DNA from: Vicugna vicugna
Taxonomy: Eukaryota
DNA length: 64,000 nucleotides
Direction of reading: 5' to 3'
Assembly (NCBI GenBank): GCA_013265495.1
Contig: MU058531.1
Coordinates: 488,678-552,677 of the forward strand
A program made the position numbers and the translations under genes. Within the stretch, counting starts at the first letter, position 1, and every line of letters starts with the position of its first letter. Below the pieces are notes generated by a model. The model ran no database searches. It was not told the DNA's origin and worked only from the letters and a program-made list of their open reading frames with translations. Shown here piece after piece: positions 51,001 to 64,000 of this stretch.

Positions 51001-52566
51001 AGGCATTTCTTTCCCTGAAACTTTCCCCTTCCCCTTGATTTGTTTCTTACACACATCATTATTTGATTTCCTCCTAGAAGACTTCTCAGAATGCCTGCTG
51101 TTTATACAGCAGGTATATTTATTTTGGCATGCTGTCACTTTCATTTCTTTCAAGAGAAAATACTTTCAAAATACTTTCTCAGTTAAGATTTTTTTTTTCT
51201 ATCTGCCTTTCTATGTATTTATCATTTTTGTGTGCTTGTTCAGGGGCACCTCATGGAGCTATCCACTATTCCTTCACTCACCCAATCCCTATAATTAACT
51301 AAAAACATCAATAGATTTTAAAAATTTCTTCCTAAATGATATAGTGCTTTCCTATAAGCTACCAGGGCAGACCCTGGGCAACCCTATGAACCGTGAATAA
51401 GATGCAGCCCATGATTAGGGAATGAGAGCAGAAAAGTTCAGCTGAAAGCTGCAGGATTAGTGGTGGAGGCTGGGTCAGTGATTCCCAAGTAAAGCCGGTA
51501 GGTGTAGATGGAGAGAGAGGGCAGGCTCACAGCAGAGAGCGTGTGCTAAATATGCCTATTCAACTCAGTGTGCTGCTGAAACACCGTTCATCTGTTTCCT
51601 TCTCTGGAAGTTGTCATCAACTGATGCTCTGTCCCCACAGATGGCCACGAGCGTGGCCAGAAGAAACCTTGTCAGGGGACTCTGATAAGTTTCCTTCCCT
51701 AAATAAATGTGCTCCAAAGCTTCATAGACATCTTGAGGAGACTTACTGCTATAGAAGTGAAATGTCCAAGAAAGGGGAGTAGAGATAACATTAAGGAAGA
51801 GGCATTTGCCCAGTGAAAGTTTATTCACACTTCTCTGCCCCTTCCATTATTTTTAAGCATTTATTTTTTGGCATAACAATATTCTAGGTTTAATTTGTCC
51901 TTTCCTGGCCTTCCCCTGAGGCAACCATTTCTTCAAGGATCTTGGTTACCTTTGGTTGGAAATGAAATTTAGAGATGCCTGACACCCCAAAGCAAACATC
52001 TGAGTTGGATCAGGGAACATGGTTTAGACTCAACGCCAACCAGGGAACTTCAGCCACTCACCTCACATCTGGACCACCACAACCCACTCAGGCGAAGGGA
52101 AATTCCTTGTGGAATAACTCTCCCTCTCGTTCTCATTATCTAGAGGAAAGAGCTTGAAATTGATGAAGGAATGAATCATTTAATGGCCTGTCAGAGGAAT
52201 TCAGTGTCTTATCAGGGGAATCCACTGTCAGGGAAATATGCCCGCCCCTGGGCAATGGACCACATTTTGGAGAACACTGATACAGAGTAAGTCTTCCTCA
52301 TACGTAGCTTCTTTTCCTAGGTTAACATTTACATGCAAATGAAGTGTGATTAGAATGACTATCTGAGTAGTAGTCATTTGACAGTCAGGATCAGGAGCAA
52401 CAGTTAAAATCTGAGAGTGTCAGGCAAGTTGATCAAAAAATCATTTATTTTGAGGGAAAGAAATCAAAACAGTTATACACTTTTCTGATATTTGGGGTTT
52501 CCCAGAAAACTAAGAGAAAGAGGAGCAGCTAATTGCTAGTGATCCAACATAGCTAGTGTTGGCATA

Positions 52567-54868
52567 TACTGTAGGTTGAATTGTGCTCTCCTAAAGATAT
52601 GTTGAACTCTGGTCCCTCAGTACAACAGAAAATGAGCTTACTTGAAAAGAGGGTCATTGCAAATGTAAGTAGTTAAGGTAAGGTCATAGTGCAGTAGTGT
52701 TGACCATTAATCCAATATGACTGATGTCCTCGTAAGAGAGGAGAGTGTCACGTGAAGACAGACACACACCAGGCACATGAAGATGGAGGCAGAGATTGGA
52801 GTGATGCATCTACAAACCAAGACATTGCAATAACGGCTAGCAAACACCAAAGGCCAGAAGAGGCAAGGAAGGATTATCCCTAAGAGATTTCGGAGAGAGA
52901 GCAAGGCCCTGCTGATACTTCGGTTTTGGACCTCTAGTCTCTTGACCTGTGGGAGAATAAATCTCTATTCTTTTAAACTACACAGTTTCTGGTACTTTGT
53001 TACAGCAGCTCAGGAAACTAATAGATTTTTGGCATCAGGAAGTCAGGTGCTTCAGTAAAACCCCCTAAAAATGTGGAAGTGGCTGTGGAATTGGGTAATG
53101 GGTAGAGGCTGGAAGAATTTTCAGTTGCTTGATTGTAAAAGTCTAAATTGTCTTGAAGAGATTGTTAGGTAGAAATATGGATGTTAAAAATGATCTGAGT
53201 GGGAGCTCAAACAGAAGTAAGGAGAGCTAGAGGAAAACTTCTATTGCCTTAAAGAGTATGTAGACCAGCACTTACAGAATGCTGTTAGAACCATGAGCAT
53301 TACAGGTGCTTCTGGTGAGGACACAGATAGAAATGAAGAACACGTTATTGGACACTGGAGGAAAAATGATCCTTGTTATAAAGTGGCAGAGAACTCATGT
53401 GAATTGTGAGAACTTGTCTGTTGGGTGGAAAATATAATTTGTAAGTGAAGAACTTGGATATTTAGCTGAGGAAATTTCCAAGAAAAGTGTAGAAGGTGCA
53501 GCTTGTTTTCTTCTTGCTGCTTATTATAAAATATGAGAGGGAGGAAGTAATTTGAGGAAGGAACTGCTAGGCAAAAAGAACCAGAACTGGAAGATTTGGA
53601 AAATTCTCAGCCTGTCCAGGTCGTGTGCTCTGAGATGGGGCAAGGAACAGCTGGGCAAATTTTCAATGAAGTGATTAATGCCTAGAACTTATAGATCCAA
53701 TCCATCAACTCAGCAGAAGTCAGGAATAGAGAAGGGGTTTCCCAGAAGGACCCATAAAGAACTCTTGTGTCCAGTGGTTTGGATCTCCACAATGTCCATG
53801 GAAGAATGATGATGTTTTTGAGACTATTATACCTGCAGAAGCACTGCCAGCCTGGACTGAAACGGACAGAGATGGAGGAAATGAAGAAAGCATGACTCCA
53901 AGGGTAGAGCCACGGATGCAAAGGTCAGTCGGGTTGCTGCTGCTACAACCTGGCTGCAGAGGGCACAGACCCCCTTGTTCCGGGGCAGCGGGGCTGCCAT
54001 CCAGGGCCAGTGCCATGGAGACAGAACCACTGCCTAGGAATAAGGGGGCAGGGCCACGCTCGCTGGCCCAGAGGACAGGGCATGGAGCCATAGGTAATTA
54101 TTCTCAAGCCTTGAAATCTGATAGAATTTTCCCTGCTGGGTTGTAAACCTGCTTTGGACCAGTGACCCCTTTTTTTAATCTTCCGTTTTCTCTAGGTCTA
54201 TCCTATTCCTGTCCCAGGATTGTAGCTTGGAAGCAGGTAACTTATTTCCTAGGTTTCATGTGTCCATACAAGGAGAGGAATTTTGCCTCAAGATTTAGAT
54301 GATGAGATTGGAGAGTCTGAGTTGAAGTTGACAGATATTTCGATGAAAGTTTGGACTCAGAGCTGAGGCTGGAATGGTTAAGACTTTGGGAGATGTTGGG
54401 ATGGGGTAAATGTATTTTGTACATGGAAAGAATATGAATTTGGGTATGGGCAGAAGGCCAACTATTATGGGTTAAATTGTGTCCCTCTAAAATAGTGACC
54501 TTATTTGGAAATTGCAGGTGTAGTTGGTTAAAATTAGGTCATGCTGGAGTAGAGTGGGCCCTTAATCAAATCTGACTAGTCTCTTTAAAAGAGAAGAATT
54601 CCAGGTGAAGGCAGACACACAAGGAGAAGGTGGCAATGTATGATGGAGACATAGACTGGAATGATGTATCTACAAATGAGGGGACACTAAGGATTGCCAG
54701 CAAGCACTGGAAGCTAAAAAAGGCAGGCTACATTCTCTCTATGAGTTTCAGAGACAGAGAGAGAATATGGCCTTGTCTGCAACTTGATTTTGGACATCTA
54801 GCCTCCATAAAGGGAGATAATAAATTTCTGTTTTAAGCACCCTAGTTTGTGATGCCCTAAAAAAACTG
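52567..54868 (+). mobile_element. Complete MaLR relic: MLT1C-like 5' LTR (52567-53025), MLT1-int (53026-54462), 3' LTR (54463-54868)
   Basis: Both LTRs begin ...ggttgaattgtg / gggttaaattgtgtcc and share gcagagattggagtgatgcatctacaa / acatagactggaatgatgtatctacaa and aataaat.tct. The internal part starts ttttggcatcaggaagt and contains aaaatgtggaagtggctgtggaattgggtaatgggtagaggctggaag. Confidence 0.9.
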
Positions 54869-55348
54869 GAAGTTCCAGTAAGTAGCTGCTTCAAATCTTT
54901 GTGAAACAAGGAGAATCAACTCATCAGTAATCACTTTGCTATCAATATCAACGTTCAACCATTTACAGTGCTAAGCATCAAGATGTCTCACTTATTTCTT
55001 TAATGTGACAGTTCCTTCTTCCTATGGTATTTTATTAGAACTTTAACCTGCTTGGACTCAAGGGTCTGTTGATGAAAGTCACTTTGTAGATTTGAATATA
55101 CGAATAACAAAGGAAAGGGCCTCAGCACCGTCTTCATCCCTATATCCACTATACCCCAGGCTTCACTATCAATATGCACAAACATTTAAAAATATATCCC
55201 ACAGAAATAAATTCACATTCCATTATAACCCTGTGTTCCTATACATTAACATATGCTAAAAAATACTGCTAATGTTTATTACTCTTAATACATGTAAAAC
55301 ATTTTCTGGTCTATTCTTTTTTTTTTTTTTTTAATGATGACATCCACC

Positions 55349-55712
55349 TCTATTAGCCTGCCAGAATGCCATAACAAAATACCATAGACTGGACGGCCTG
55401 AACAACAGGAATTTATTTCTCAGTTCTGGAGGCTGGAAGTCCTAAATCAAGGTGTTGTCAAATCTGGTTCCCATTGAGGGCACTCTCCTGGCTTGCAGAT
55501 GGCTGCCTCCTCACTGTGTCCTCACATAGTAGAGAGAGAGAGAGAAGGTTCTCTGGTGCTCTCTGGCATTTCTTCTTATAAGGACACTAGCATCTCACTA
55601 CCTCATTTAAACCTAATTGCCTCTGCAAAGGTCCCCATCTCCAATGCCATCACATTGGGCATTAAGGCTTCAACATATGAATGTTTTAGGGGACACAGTT
55701 TAGCTCATAGTA
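55349..55712 (-). mobile_element. MaLR LTR (MLT1A0-like)
   Basis: gccataacaaaataccatagactgg...cagttctggaggctggaagtcc...ggcttgcagatggctgcc...tccaatgccatcacattggg...ttcaacatatgaat. Confidence 0.9.
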
Positions 55713-58700
55713 CCACCTCATAAGTTGATCTCGTATCCAATTATTGGGTAACAACCCATAGATTGAAAAACTCTGCTCTATGGCCCATATCTTGTTCAAA
55801 GTGTCTGAACTCCAGGGAAGATTCCAGTAAGTTCTACGTCACATCCCCTGCTATTTTCCTAACCCCATGCCCATGTGAACACCACGGCCCTATGTGATAT
55901 TCAGAGAAATAAAGCTGAGAATTTATAATGGCAAATATTCCTTGAAATTAAAAAACAGATCATATACGGCTTCTCAAATTCAAACAAAACATTTATAAAA
56001 ATAAGTTTCTAGCTATTTACAAACAGCATTGTGGCTATATTAAATCACTGTTTCCTGGTATTCACAGTAACAAGGCATTTTTTATTCATGGAGCTATTAT
56101 ACATGGAGACCCTTTGCGTGTAGGTTATCCTGGGTTATTCATTACTGCTCAATTTTCTGGTCATTTCAATTACTCATTTCCCTTAACCAAGTTTACTGAT
56201 TTTCTTTCTTTCCTCAAATAATTCATTGTTCTAGTGAATCTACCAAGAAACAGCTTGTGTCCTGGAGATAAAGCAAGTAAATGCAGAGCTGACACTAATC
56301 TAGATGAGACCATTTGTTTTGGGTGAATCTTAATGTGGTCTTAAGAAAAACAACCATCAGAAACTATGTCTGGACAGAGAAGCTAACAATTTTGAGAAAT
56401 AGAAGGCAGCTATTCTTCAGGCTTCCCTTCTTTTTAACTTGTGTCGTAATTTGAAGCTACTTGGGAATGAAGAGAATAGATACTCCCATGATATGGAGGA
56501 GAAATACTTGGTTTCCTCTAAGCTAACGAACATATTTTTATCATCAGGAATTTAATAAACAGATTTGTTTTATTATCTAAAGATGGCCCACAGAAAGAAT
56601 TGCCTGGGACAAGTCACTCAAACCTGAAATTGACTTTTTGATATTTCAGATATACTTGAGAACGTCACCGAGTTACAGTACCAACTCTCCAGGGCTGGGT
56701 CATTTAGAATATTTCATGATGCAGTTTATCCTGGAAAACTGTATTTCTCCAAATAAGATCGTTTCATGTATTCCCTATCAGGCTTTTTCTCAGGTGAATC
56801 CAAGGGTGATTGGTGACTCCCATATTAACACTGTCTAAGCGATAATTGTCCTTGGCATCATACTTCATGATTTGGCACCGTGAGCCTTGTGTGGCCATTT
56901 ATTCTCTGCTGGTGTTAGCTTAAAACTCTTTGCTGTGTTACATAGCGTTCCTGTCTGAATAATCCCCACCAACCAGTGAGGGTGCAGTAATCACTATAGA
57001 AGCAGAGGTGTTGATTGGGTGCCTTAATTTTTCAGAAGACATCAATCTCTTTCTTTTTATTGTCCAACAATTTTTAAATACTAAAGATGGTCCAGAGTCA
57101 GCAATACAGAATATGTGTACTCTGAACATTTTTCAGAGGAATAATTTGACATTTTCTAGTGCCTGAGTCTTTCTCCAAAGCCCAGTTATACAAAATCCAC
57201 ATAAGATAGCCTGTATGATCTGTAGCCTATTCATTGCTCAAGTTGCTTGAATTGAGAGAAATTATAAAAGGCAGTCATAATGAATTTGCCTTTACATCTA
57301 TATAAGGATATCGGTGATTAAAACATTTACTGTCTCCTATACCTAGAGAATAGAGGCAGAGCAACTTTTCCTTTAGTGTCCCAAATGAGATAAGAGAATG
57401 ATGACTGGATGTCAATTCAGACAAAAGTGATGCAGTGTCTCTGTTTGCCCAGGATGGCCTGGTTAATACATGTTTTTCTGGTGTAATTATTAACAGTAAC
57501 TCCTATTATCATTTTCAAAAGTGCCTGGGTTTGTAATATTAATCCTGTAGTCACCCTACCACAGAAACACAAATTCTGCCCAGTTTGGGATTAAGAAAAG
57601 GAGACAGGGCATCTCCCTTCTTAGAGACTATTGGTTTCTTACTTACAGTTTTGTTCACAGAGTTTGGCTTTGCATCATGGGCAAATCCTTAAACAGTCTA
57701 CCTGAATGCCAATTGTAACACTGTAGCCAAGGATCCAGGACTGGTCAAATCTTGGTAAAATAAAAATCCAGTTTTGGTCAAGTCCTGGAAGCATTGTGGG
57801 CATTTGAATGTTGCCCTGCAGTGTCTTGAACAGGAAATACAGGGTTAGGAAAAACTTTTCCTTCACAGTGATTATAGGAAACCTTAAAGACCATAGTCAG
57901 AGAGGGAGGTGTTCTTTATTTTGATAAATTCTGTGACACACAGCTCAAATGCTGATGGTGTCCTGTATCCTCATGCTGATGATTTTAAAATATCTGAATA
58001 TCATCTACTATATGGTCAAGACTGCTGTTTGGAAGCTTTTATTCACCTCTATAGGTGCTGTAAAGAATAACTCTATGCATGAGTAACACTCAAGGAATAA
58101 AAACTATTTCTTTCCTTGAGTATATTTATAAATCACCAGTATACTTTTATAATCCCCAAAGAGTACAGTATCCTAATATAGGGTGCATACCAGAGTCATG
58201 ATTTCTTTAAAATTTTTTTTGCTTAAAGACTGAAGATACAGCAGCAATTTGAATTTGAGATTCAGACATCCTAAAACAGCTAGCAAATTGCAGACCCACA
58301 AAGTCAGCTACCTTTTTATCCTTCCCTTGATTGGTGAATTGAGCAGAAATTACCAAGATCAATCTAAGGATGTGTGAATTTCATCATCTTCAGTTTTTGA
58401 CTGTTGTAGGAGGCCTGTAATTCTGTCTACAAGATGATGCTCTCAAGGAGTGAACAAAGAAAGCAATTGATGCTTTATTCTTATTCTCACAATGAATTCT
58501 GCTTATTACCTTCTTCAAGGTACAATTGAGTGAATAGTGATTATTCCCGCATAGGCATAAATGCATACATGTGAAAGAAGCTAAAAATGAATGGCATGAA
58601 AATAGCTTTCAACTTCCAAAATCATTTTTCTCAATCTGCCAAATGAGGCCAGATTTGTGCAGTGGACGTCAAGCATGAAACAGAATAGACTCTTACAGCT

Positions 58701-59539
58701 TTGTTGCTAGCTTTGGATCCAGTAACGAAAGGTGAAGAGAAGCAAATGTTACTAGCATAGATTTTTCTACCTATAGACATGACTAAGGGGGGAATCTAGT
58801 AACATACCTTTGCTCTTCAACGGGTGCACATTAAAGCTTGAACAGCACTGATGTAAGCTGGTTGTATTTGAAAGCTTCAGCAGCATATGGCTCTATCTAG
58901 GACATTAATCATGTTTACCAATGCCACATCTATTGAGCACTTACTAGGCACTTTGCATATTGTTTAGGTATATATTTGTGAAATTAGTCCATGGATCCTA
59001 TTCCATTACTGACTGGCAATAAATGTTTATTTGGTTTAACATATTTTTTCTTCTTCCCCTTCCCCCATTATAAATATTTTTCCTTCATCAAATAGTGTTA
59101 TTAGAACGTGAACAGATATTTTTTTCCTAGCTAAGCCATTTGCAAGTGATTGCCCACAACTGTCTCACTTCATGAATCTCCATTAGCTAAATACTTTACT
59201 ACTCAGCTCACTCATACACAGTAAACTCTCATTTAGGCTCAATAATTAAGGGCTGGACACTAACAGTTAATAACCATTCTGGTTAACTGGTGATTATATC
59301 ATACATTTCCAGAAATTAAGCAAAATCACAAGCACTATATAAAGCATCATTTAATCGTTTCTTTCACAGGCATGGGGGGACTTTAGAATCTTCATGTGGC
59401 TCAAATTGCCTCCATTTAACTTATTATTTCATGAATACTAAGGTCTATCAAAATTTATCTTTGGAATATACGTGTATGTAGAATCAGCCCACTTTTCCCC
59501 ATCCCTTATAAATTCATTCTTCCTTCTGAAATCTGTGAG

Positions 59540-60135
59540 ATTATTAAAAAAAAAGAAGTTCATAATTTTACTCCTCTGTTTAAAACATACCACTGGCTCT
59601 CTAGTTCTTTCTAGGATAAAATTCAAAATTTTCTGTATGGTCCTGACCATACTCACTTTACAGAGTCATACATCATCAGCCTTCTCTACAACGTCCCAAT
59701 CCCACACTGCACACTTGCGGCACCACTCCCTCTTCAGTCTGCTCTCCAGTTAGAAAAATGACTTTCAGACCCCAGAAGCCTCTGTGCAATTCCTGGCCTC
59801 CTGGCCTCGGCACCTGCTGCCCCACTGACTGGGCAATTGTCTTCCTGTTTTCCCCTTTCTGTCCCATTGCATGACTGATTCAAAACCATCCTTCAGATAT
59901 CAGCTTCACCACTATTTATCCAAGAGTCCTGCCTGCCTCTCTGAGAGCTCTTTGAGCCTCAGCCCGGTTGAGCATTTATCCTTAGTGATCCCACAGCAGA
60001 CTAGACATCGTTCATCCCACCACTTACATATTTTGGATTCAAATTCCTTATGTTCCCAAGTCTGTAAGAGCCTTCATAGTACTGAGTAAGTCTTTTTCAC
60101 CATTATAAACCCAATACCTAGCACAGTGACAAGCA
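59540..60135 (+). mobile_element. L2 3' region
   Basis: ttactcctctgtttaaaac...aggataaaattcaaaatt...catccttcagatatcagctt...ctgtaagagccttc...cccaatacctagcacagtg. Confidence 0.7.
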
Positions 60136-60139
60136 ACAG

Positions 60140-60530
60140 AAGTCACCAAAGAAAAATACCATATGATATCACTCATATGTGGAATCTAAAGAGAAGAAAA
60201 AAAGCCAAATGGACTTATTTATAAAACAGAAACAGACTCACAGACATAGAAAACAAACTTATGGTTACCAGGTGGGGCAGGGAGTGGGAAGGAATAAATT
60301 GAGAGTTCGAGATTTGCAGATACTGGCTGGTATATATAAAACAGATAAACAAGTTTATACTGCATAGCACAGGGAACTATATTCGGTGTCTTTTAGTAGC
60401 TTACAGTGAAAAAGAATATGAAAATGAATATGTGTATATTCATGTGTGACTGAAGCACTGTGCTGTACACCAGAAACTGACACATGGTAAACTGACTATA
60501 CTTTAATAAAAAAGTAAAAAAAAGAAAAAA
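60140..60530 (+). mobile_element. LINE-1 3'UTR fragment with A-rich tail
   Basis: aaataccatatgatatcactcatatgtggaatct...cagactcacagacatagaaaacaaacttatggttacc...aactgactatactttaataaaaaag. Confidence 0.93.
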
Positions 60531-61264
60531 CCCCATATATTTTAAATAAATAAATAAATGTACTATTTTCCTTGACATCGAAAAGCATACAGTTTAATCA
60601 GTTTAAATGTCAGTTTTCTATATCCACTATAAAAAAAGACAGAAGACAAAATACTTACATTGACTCTTTAGTTACCTGGGGGTGTGCCTAGAAGATTCTT
60701 TCTAAAATCAATATCCAGTGTTTACATGTTTGCTTGTCACTTAACTTCTTTTCTTAAAAAATGTGCAGACTGGGTGAATGCAGCACTGCTTAGGCCAAAA
60801 TCACCTGGCTTCCCTTCCCAAATATAAGATTCTGCTCATTTGCATGCTCTGATGATTACAAGAGAAGATGGATTGTGGAGTATATCCTCAGGACAAAGAT
60901 TTATAAAGTGAGAATGGCAGAAAATATAAACCAGGAACTGTGGATGACACTTACTAGATTCTCAAATCTTGAGAAATTGCAAACTAAATAGAGTAGCCCA
61001 TGATAAAACCTGAGAATTTAATCAAGCAATTACAAGCAGGAAAAGTATTTAATTAAGAGGTAATCAACAGGATTTCAGATTTGCTAAGGAATAATCAAAC
61101 CCAATTGATGTGGTCATCATCCAAGAAAACATCCTCATAAAGACCTGGGACTTCACATCCTCAAGGGTGGGACCCAAGCCTCCAGGGCTGGTGGAGATGC
61201 CTGAGAGGGGGCTACCAGCTGGGCCACAGTGAGAAGACCTGGGGCAGGAAGTCTGTCTTTGTAG

Positions 61265-61690
61265 TCATCAGGTCTGCTGCAGTGATTAACGACTCTCAAA
61301 TCTCAATAGTTTCTAAATATCAATGCTAATTTCTTACGCTCATTTCACACTAGCTGTGAGTCAGCAACAGCTCTGTCCCAACGTGCCATTACTCCAAATC
61401 CAGGCTGAAGGAGAAGGCCCTATTTGGGACACGGTGTTCTCAGGGGAAAGGAAACACAAGCAGCAATATTTAAACACATAACCACCGCCATGGTTCTTTT
61501 CAGATGCGGCATGTCACAACTGCTTACATTCCATTGGCCAAATCATATGACTAAGCCTGATGTTAGACTGAGGATGTATCCGCCATCAACACAGACGCCC
61601 TGCAAGTCATGTGCAGGGTGGAGGAGTGTCATATACTCTTTATACAGAAAGGAATGAATATTTGGGAACAATATAATGGACCACAGTCCT
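61265..61690 (-). mobile_element. MaLR LTR (MLT1K-like)
   Basis: ctgctgcagtgattaacgactctcaaatctcaatag...ccaggctgaaggagaaggcc...cacaactgcttacattccattggccaaatcatatgactaagcctga. Confidence 0.7.
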
Positions 61691-61814
61691 TGAACTGGGA
61701 AATAGAGGACAAAACCAAAATGAGAGATGTAGCAGGGACTAGTTTCAAAATGAAAGGTCTTGTGGGATAACATTTCTAAAACCTGTGTCTAGTCCATTAT
61801 GTATAGAGGCTGTG

Positions 61815-62410
61815 TGGCTGGAGGTTCAGGACTCGGGCCCACGGATCTCAGACTGTCCTGGATGGGAATCTGCACTCTACTGTTCATTAGCTTTGTGACC
61901 CAGTGAGTCACTTCACTTCTCTGAGCCTTGGTTTTGGTGGCAGAATCTGTTTTCTGCTTATAAAATAGCAAAGAAAAATCTACATGCTGCTCCATATTTA
62001 CTCACACCACCGGCAGCTGGGGTGAGGCCATTGGAGAGGTTCTGGGCAGTGGGATAAGAAACTTCCAGACATGGCCCCTAAAATTCTTCCCTGAGATCCT
62101 CAGTCATTTTCTTCTCTACCACAGAGCTGGGGTTGCCAGATGAAGGAAGACTGGGTCTCTGAATCACTCAGGAGAAGACTGACACAGAAGAACCGCCCAA
62201 CCCACTTAAGACTGTGCTGGGGTTAACAACCCCAGGGTATATTAAGGCATTGAAATCGGAGGATTTATTTGTTCCTGCAGAATCACTGAACATTCATCTA
62301 TAGAAGAGGACAAAGACTATCTCCAGGGTTTTTGCAAAGATTGAGATAATTTATGCAAAGCACAGAGCAATGTCTGGCACAGTAAAGGCTCACTTTGTGG
62401 CAACTGTCGT
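61815..62410 (+). mobile_element. MIR interrupted by an MLT1-type LTR fragment (about 62030-62295)
   Basis: MIR core agctttgtgacccagtgagtcacttcacttctctgagcc, MLT1 end ggatttatttgttcctgcag, MIR tail gagataatttatgcaaagcacag...tctggcacagta. Confidence 0.6.
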
Positions 62411-62429
62411 CGTTTATTTTAAGGTCGTA

Positions 62430-62580
62430 TTCATTTAGAGATGAAGAGCAAGGTCTTGAGGATCAGTAGATGTAGTTCATATCCCAGCTCTACTACTAAC
62501 TAACCACACAAGTTAAGAACATTGTTCAACTTCTCCATGCCTCAATTTCTTTATTTCTAGAACAGCAATAAAAATAGCAT
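62430..62580 (+). mobile_element. MIR SINE
   Basis: gttcatatcccagctctactactaact...aacttctccatgcctcaatttctttatttct. Confidence 0.6.
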
Positions 62581-63401
62581 CCAACTCATGTGGTGGTGAA
62601 TTTACAATAAGATACTCCATGTGGTTGTGTGGTGGTGGTGACGGTGCTGATGGTAGTGGTGGTGATGATGGGTGATAATCTGCCTGATCTGCCATTACAG
62701 GAGCAGAGCTGATTATCGGGGGAAAAAACTAAGGTGTCAAGCTCATACGGAGACAACTGTGATTGTGATCTGATCAACTGAACTGACTAGTCACAACATA
62801 GCCACTAACAGAGCTGTCTCTGCCCACAAAGACAGGGCCCAGATGATGGCAGACTGTCTCTGTACTGATGGCTTTTCTGCTGAAGACATGAAAAACGTAG
62901 AGCTAGGAACACATATATACCATTTTGACTTTATGTTGCTTTTGTATTTCTTTTTCCAGTAATTTTAATGCAATATGGGATGTAGCATTAAAAATTAAGT
63001 TTTTTTCAATGAAAGAAGTACAGATACTGGGATGGAAAAAAATGCATAGTTCTAATCAACAAATAACCAGTAATTTTTATGTATGTACATTCAAACTTTC
63101 TTCTATGCATAAGCTTTATTTAACATAGTTGGATTTTCCAATGTTATTTTAAAATCACTTCATAAATATTATTTTCAAGGACTTAAATAAGTGTACCAGT
63201 TTACTTAGCCATTTATTTATCTTAGATCATTAATTTGTTTAGTTTTTGACATTATAAATGATGTTCCTATTAATTTCTCTGTTATATAGTTCTCCATGTT
63301 TTAATTTATTTGGACAAATTCACAGAGTTTGAATCACTAAGTCAGAGAGAAGAAATATTTTTAAGAAATAATATATCGTTAAGTTGCTATCCCCAGCCAT
63401 A

Positions 63402-63636
63402 CAATCACCCCTTGATATCTGTGGGGTTTTAGTTGCAGAACCTCCAGATACCAAAATCTTCTGTTGCTCAAGTCCTTTATATAAAATGATGCAGTATTTG
63501 CATATAACATAGACACACCTTCCCATATACTTTAAATCATCTCTAGATTACTTATCATAATACTACAATGTAAATGCTATCTAAATAGTTCTAAATACAA
63601 CATAAATACTATGTAAATAGTTGCCAGCACATGCAG
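63402..63636 (+). mobile_element. MER2-family TcMar-Tigger element, cut by the gap
   Basis: Follows TA; gataccaaaatc...gctcaagtcc...tataaaatg...agtatttgcatataac...tactttaaatcatctctagattactt match MER2. Confidence 0.9.
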
Positions 63637-63713
63637 NNNNNNNNNNNNNNNNNNNNNNNNNNNNNNNNNNNNNNNNNNNNNNNNNNNNNNNNNNNNNNNN
63701 NNNNNNNNNNNNN
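63637..63713. other. Assembly gap (77 N)
   Basis: Run of n characters. Confidence 1.
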
Positions 63714-64000
63714 GTGGTGGTGGTGACGGTGCTGATGGTAGTGGTGGTGATGATGGGTGATAATCTGCCTGATCTGCCATTACAGGAGCAGAGCTGATTA
63801 TCGGGGGAAAAAACTAAGGTGTCAAGCTCATACGGAGACAACTGTGATTGTGATCTGATCAACTGAACTGACTAGTCACAACATAGCCACTAACAGAGCT
63901 GTCTCTGCCCACAAAGACAGGGCCCAGATGATGGCAGACTGTCTCTGTACTGATGGCTTTTCTGCTGAAGACATGAAAAACGTAGAGCTAGGAACACATA
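63714..64000. repeat. Duplicate of 62629-62915 immediately after the gap
   Basis: Identical text from gtggtggtggtgacggtgctg to ggaacacata at offset 1085. ORFs 62586..62777 and 63581..63862 share their N-terminal sequence. Confidence 0.95.

Noticed and set aside
1..64000. CRISPR array, operon or prokaryotic defence system
   Set aside because: The sequence is mammalian, with no repeat-spacer array and no long ORFs.

Overview
This is mammalian genomic DNA, most likely camelid (alpaca/camel). The basis is two tRNA-Ala-derived vic-1-like SINEs and cetartiodactyl-type L1 3' ends, with no Alu, B1, Bov-A/B, PRE1 or SINEC elements seen. The window looks intergenic or deep-intronic and I recognise no protein-coding gene. 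Most ORFs in the track are chance ORFs or transposon remnants. It is dominated by interspersed repeats: a near-full-length L1 with an internal deletion, many 5'-truncated L1s, an ERV1-type solo LTR inserted into a SINE, a complete MaLR LTR-int-LTR relic, Charlie1a, MER58A, MER5, Tigger and MER2 DNA transposons, MIR and L2. Notable structures are two L1s stacked at one target site (three copies of the target), an 822-bp tandem duplication with one mismatch, and a gap-flanking duplication; both duplications are probably assembly artefacts. CpG-enriched segments at 35.3-39.1 kb and several minus-strand splice signals could mark an unannotated non-coding transcript. Repeat family names are from memory of consensus sequences, not a search, and ancient-repeat boundaries are approximate. 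I found no convincing novel biological system.
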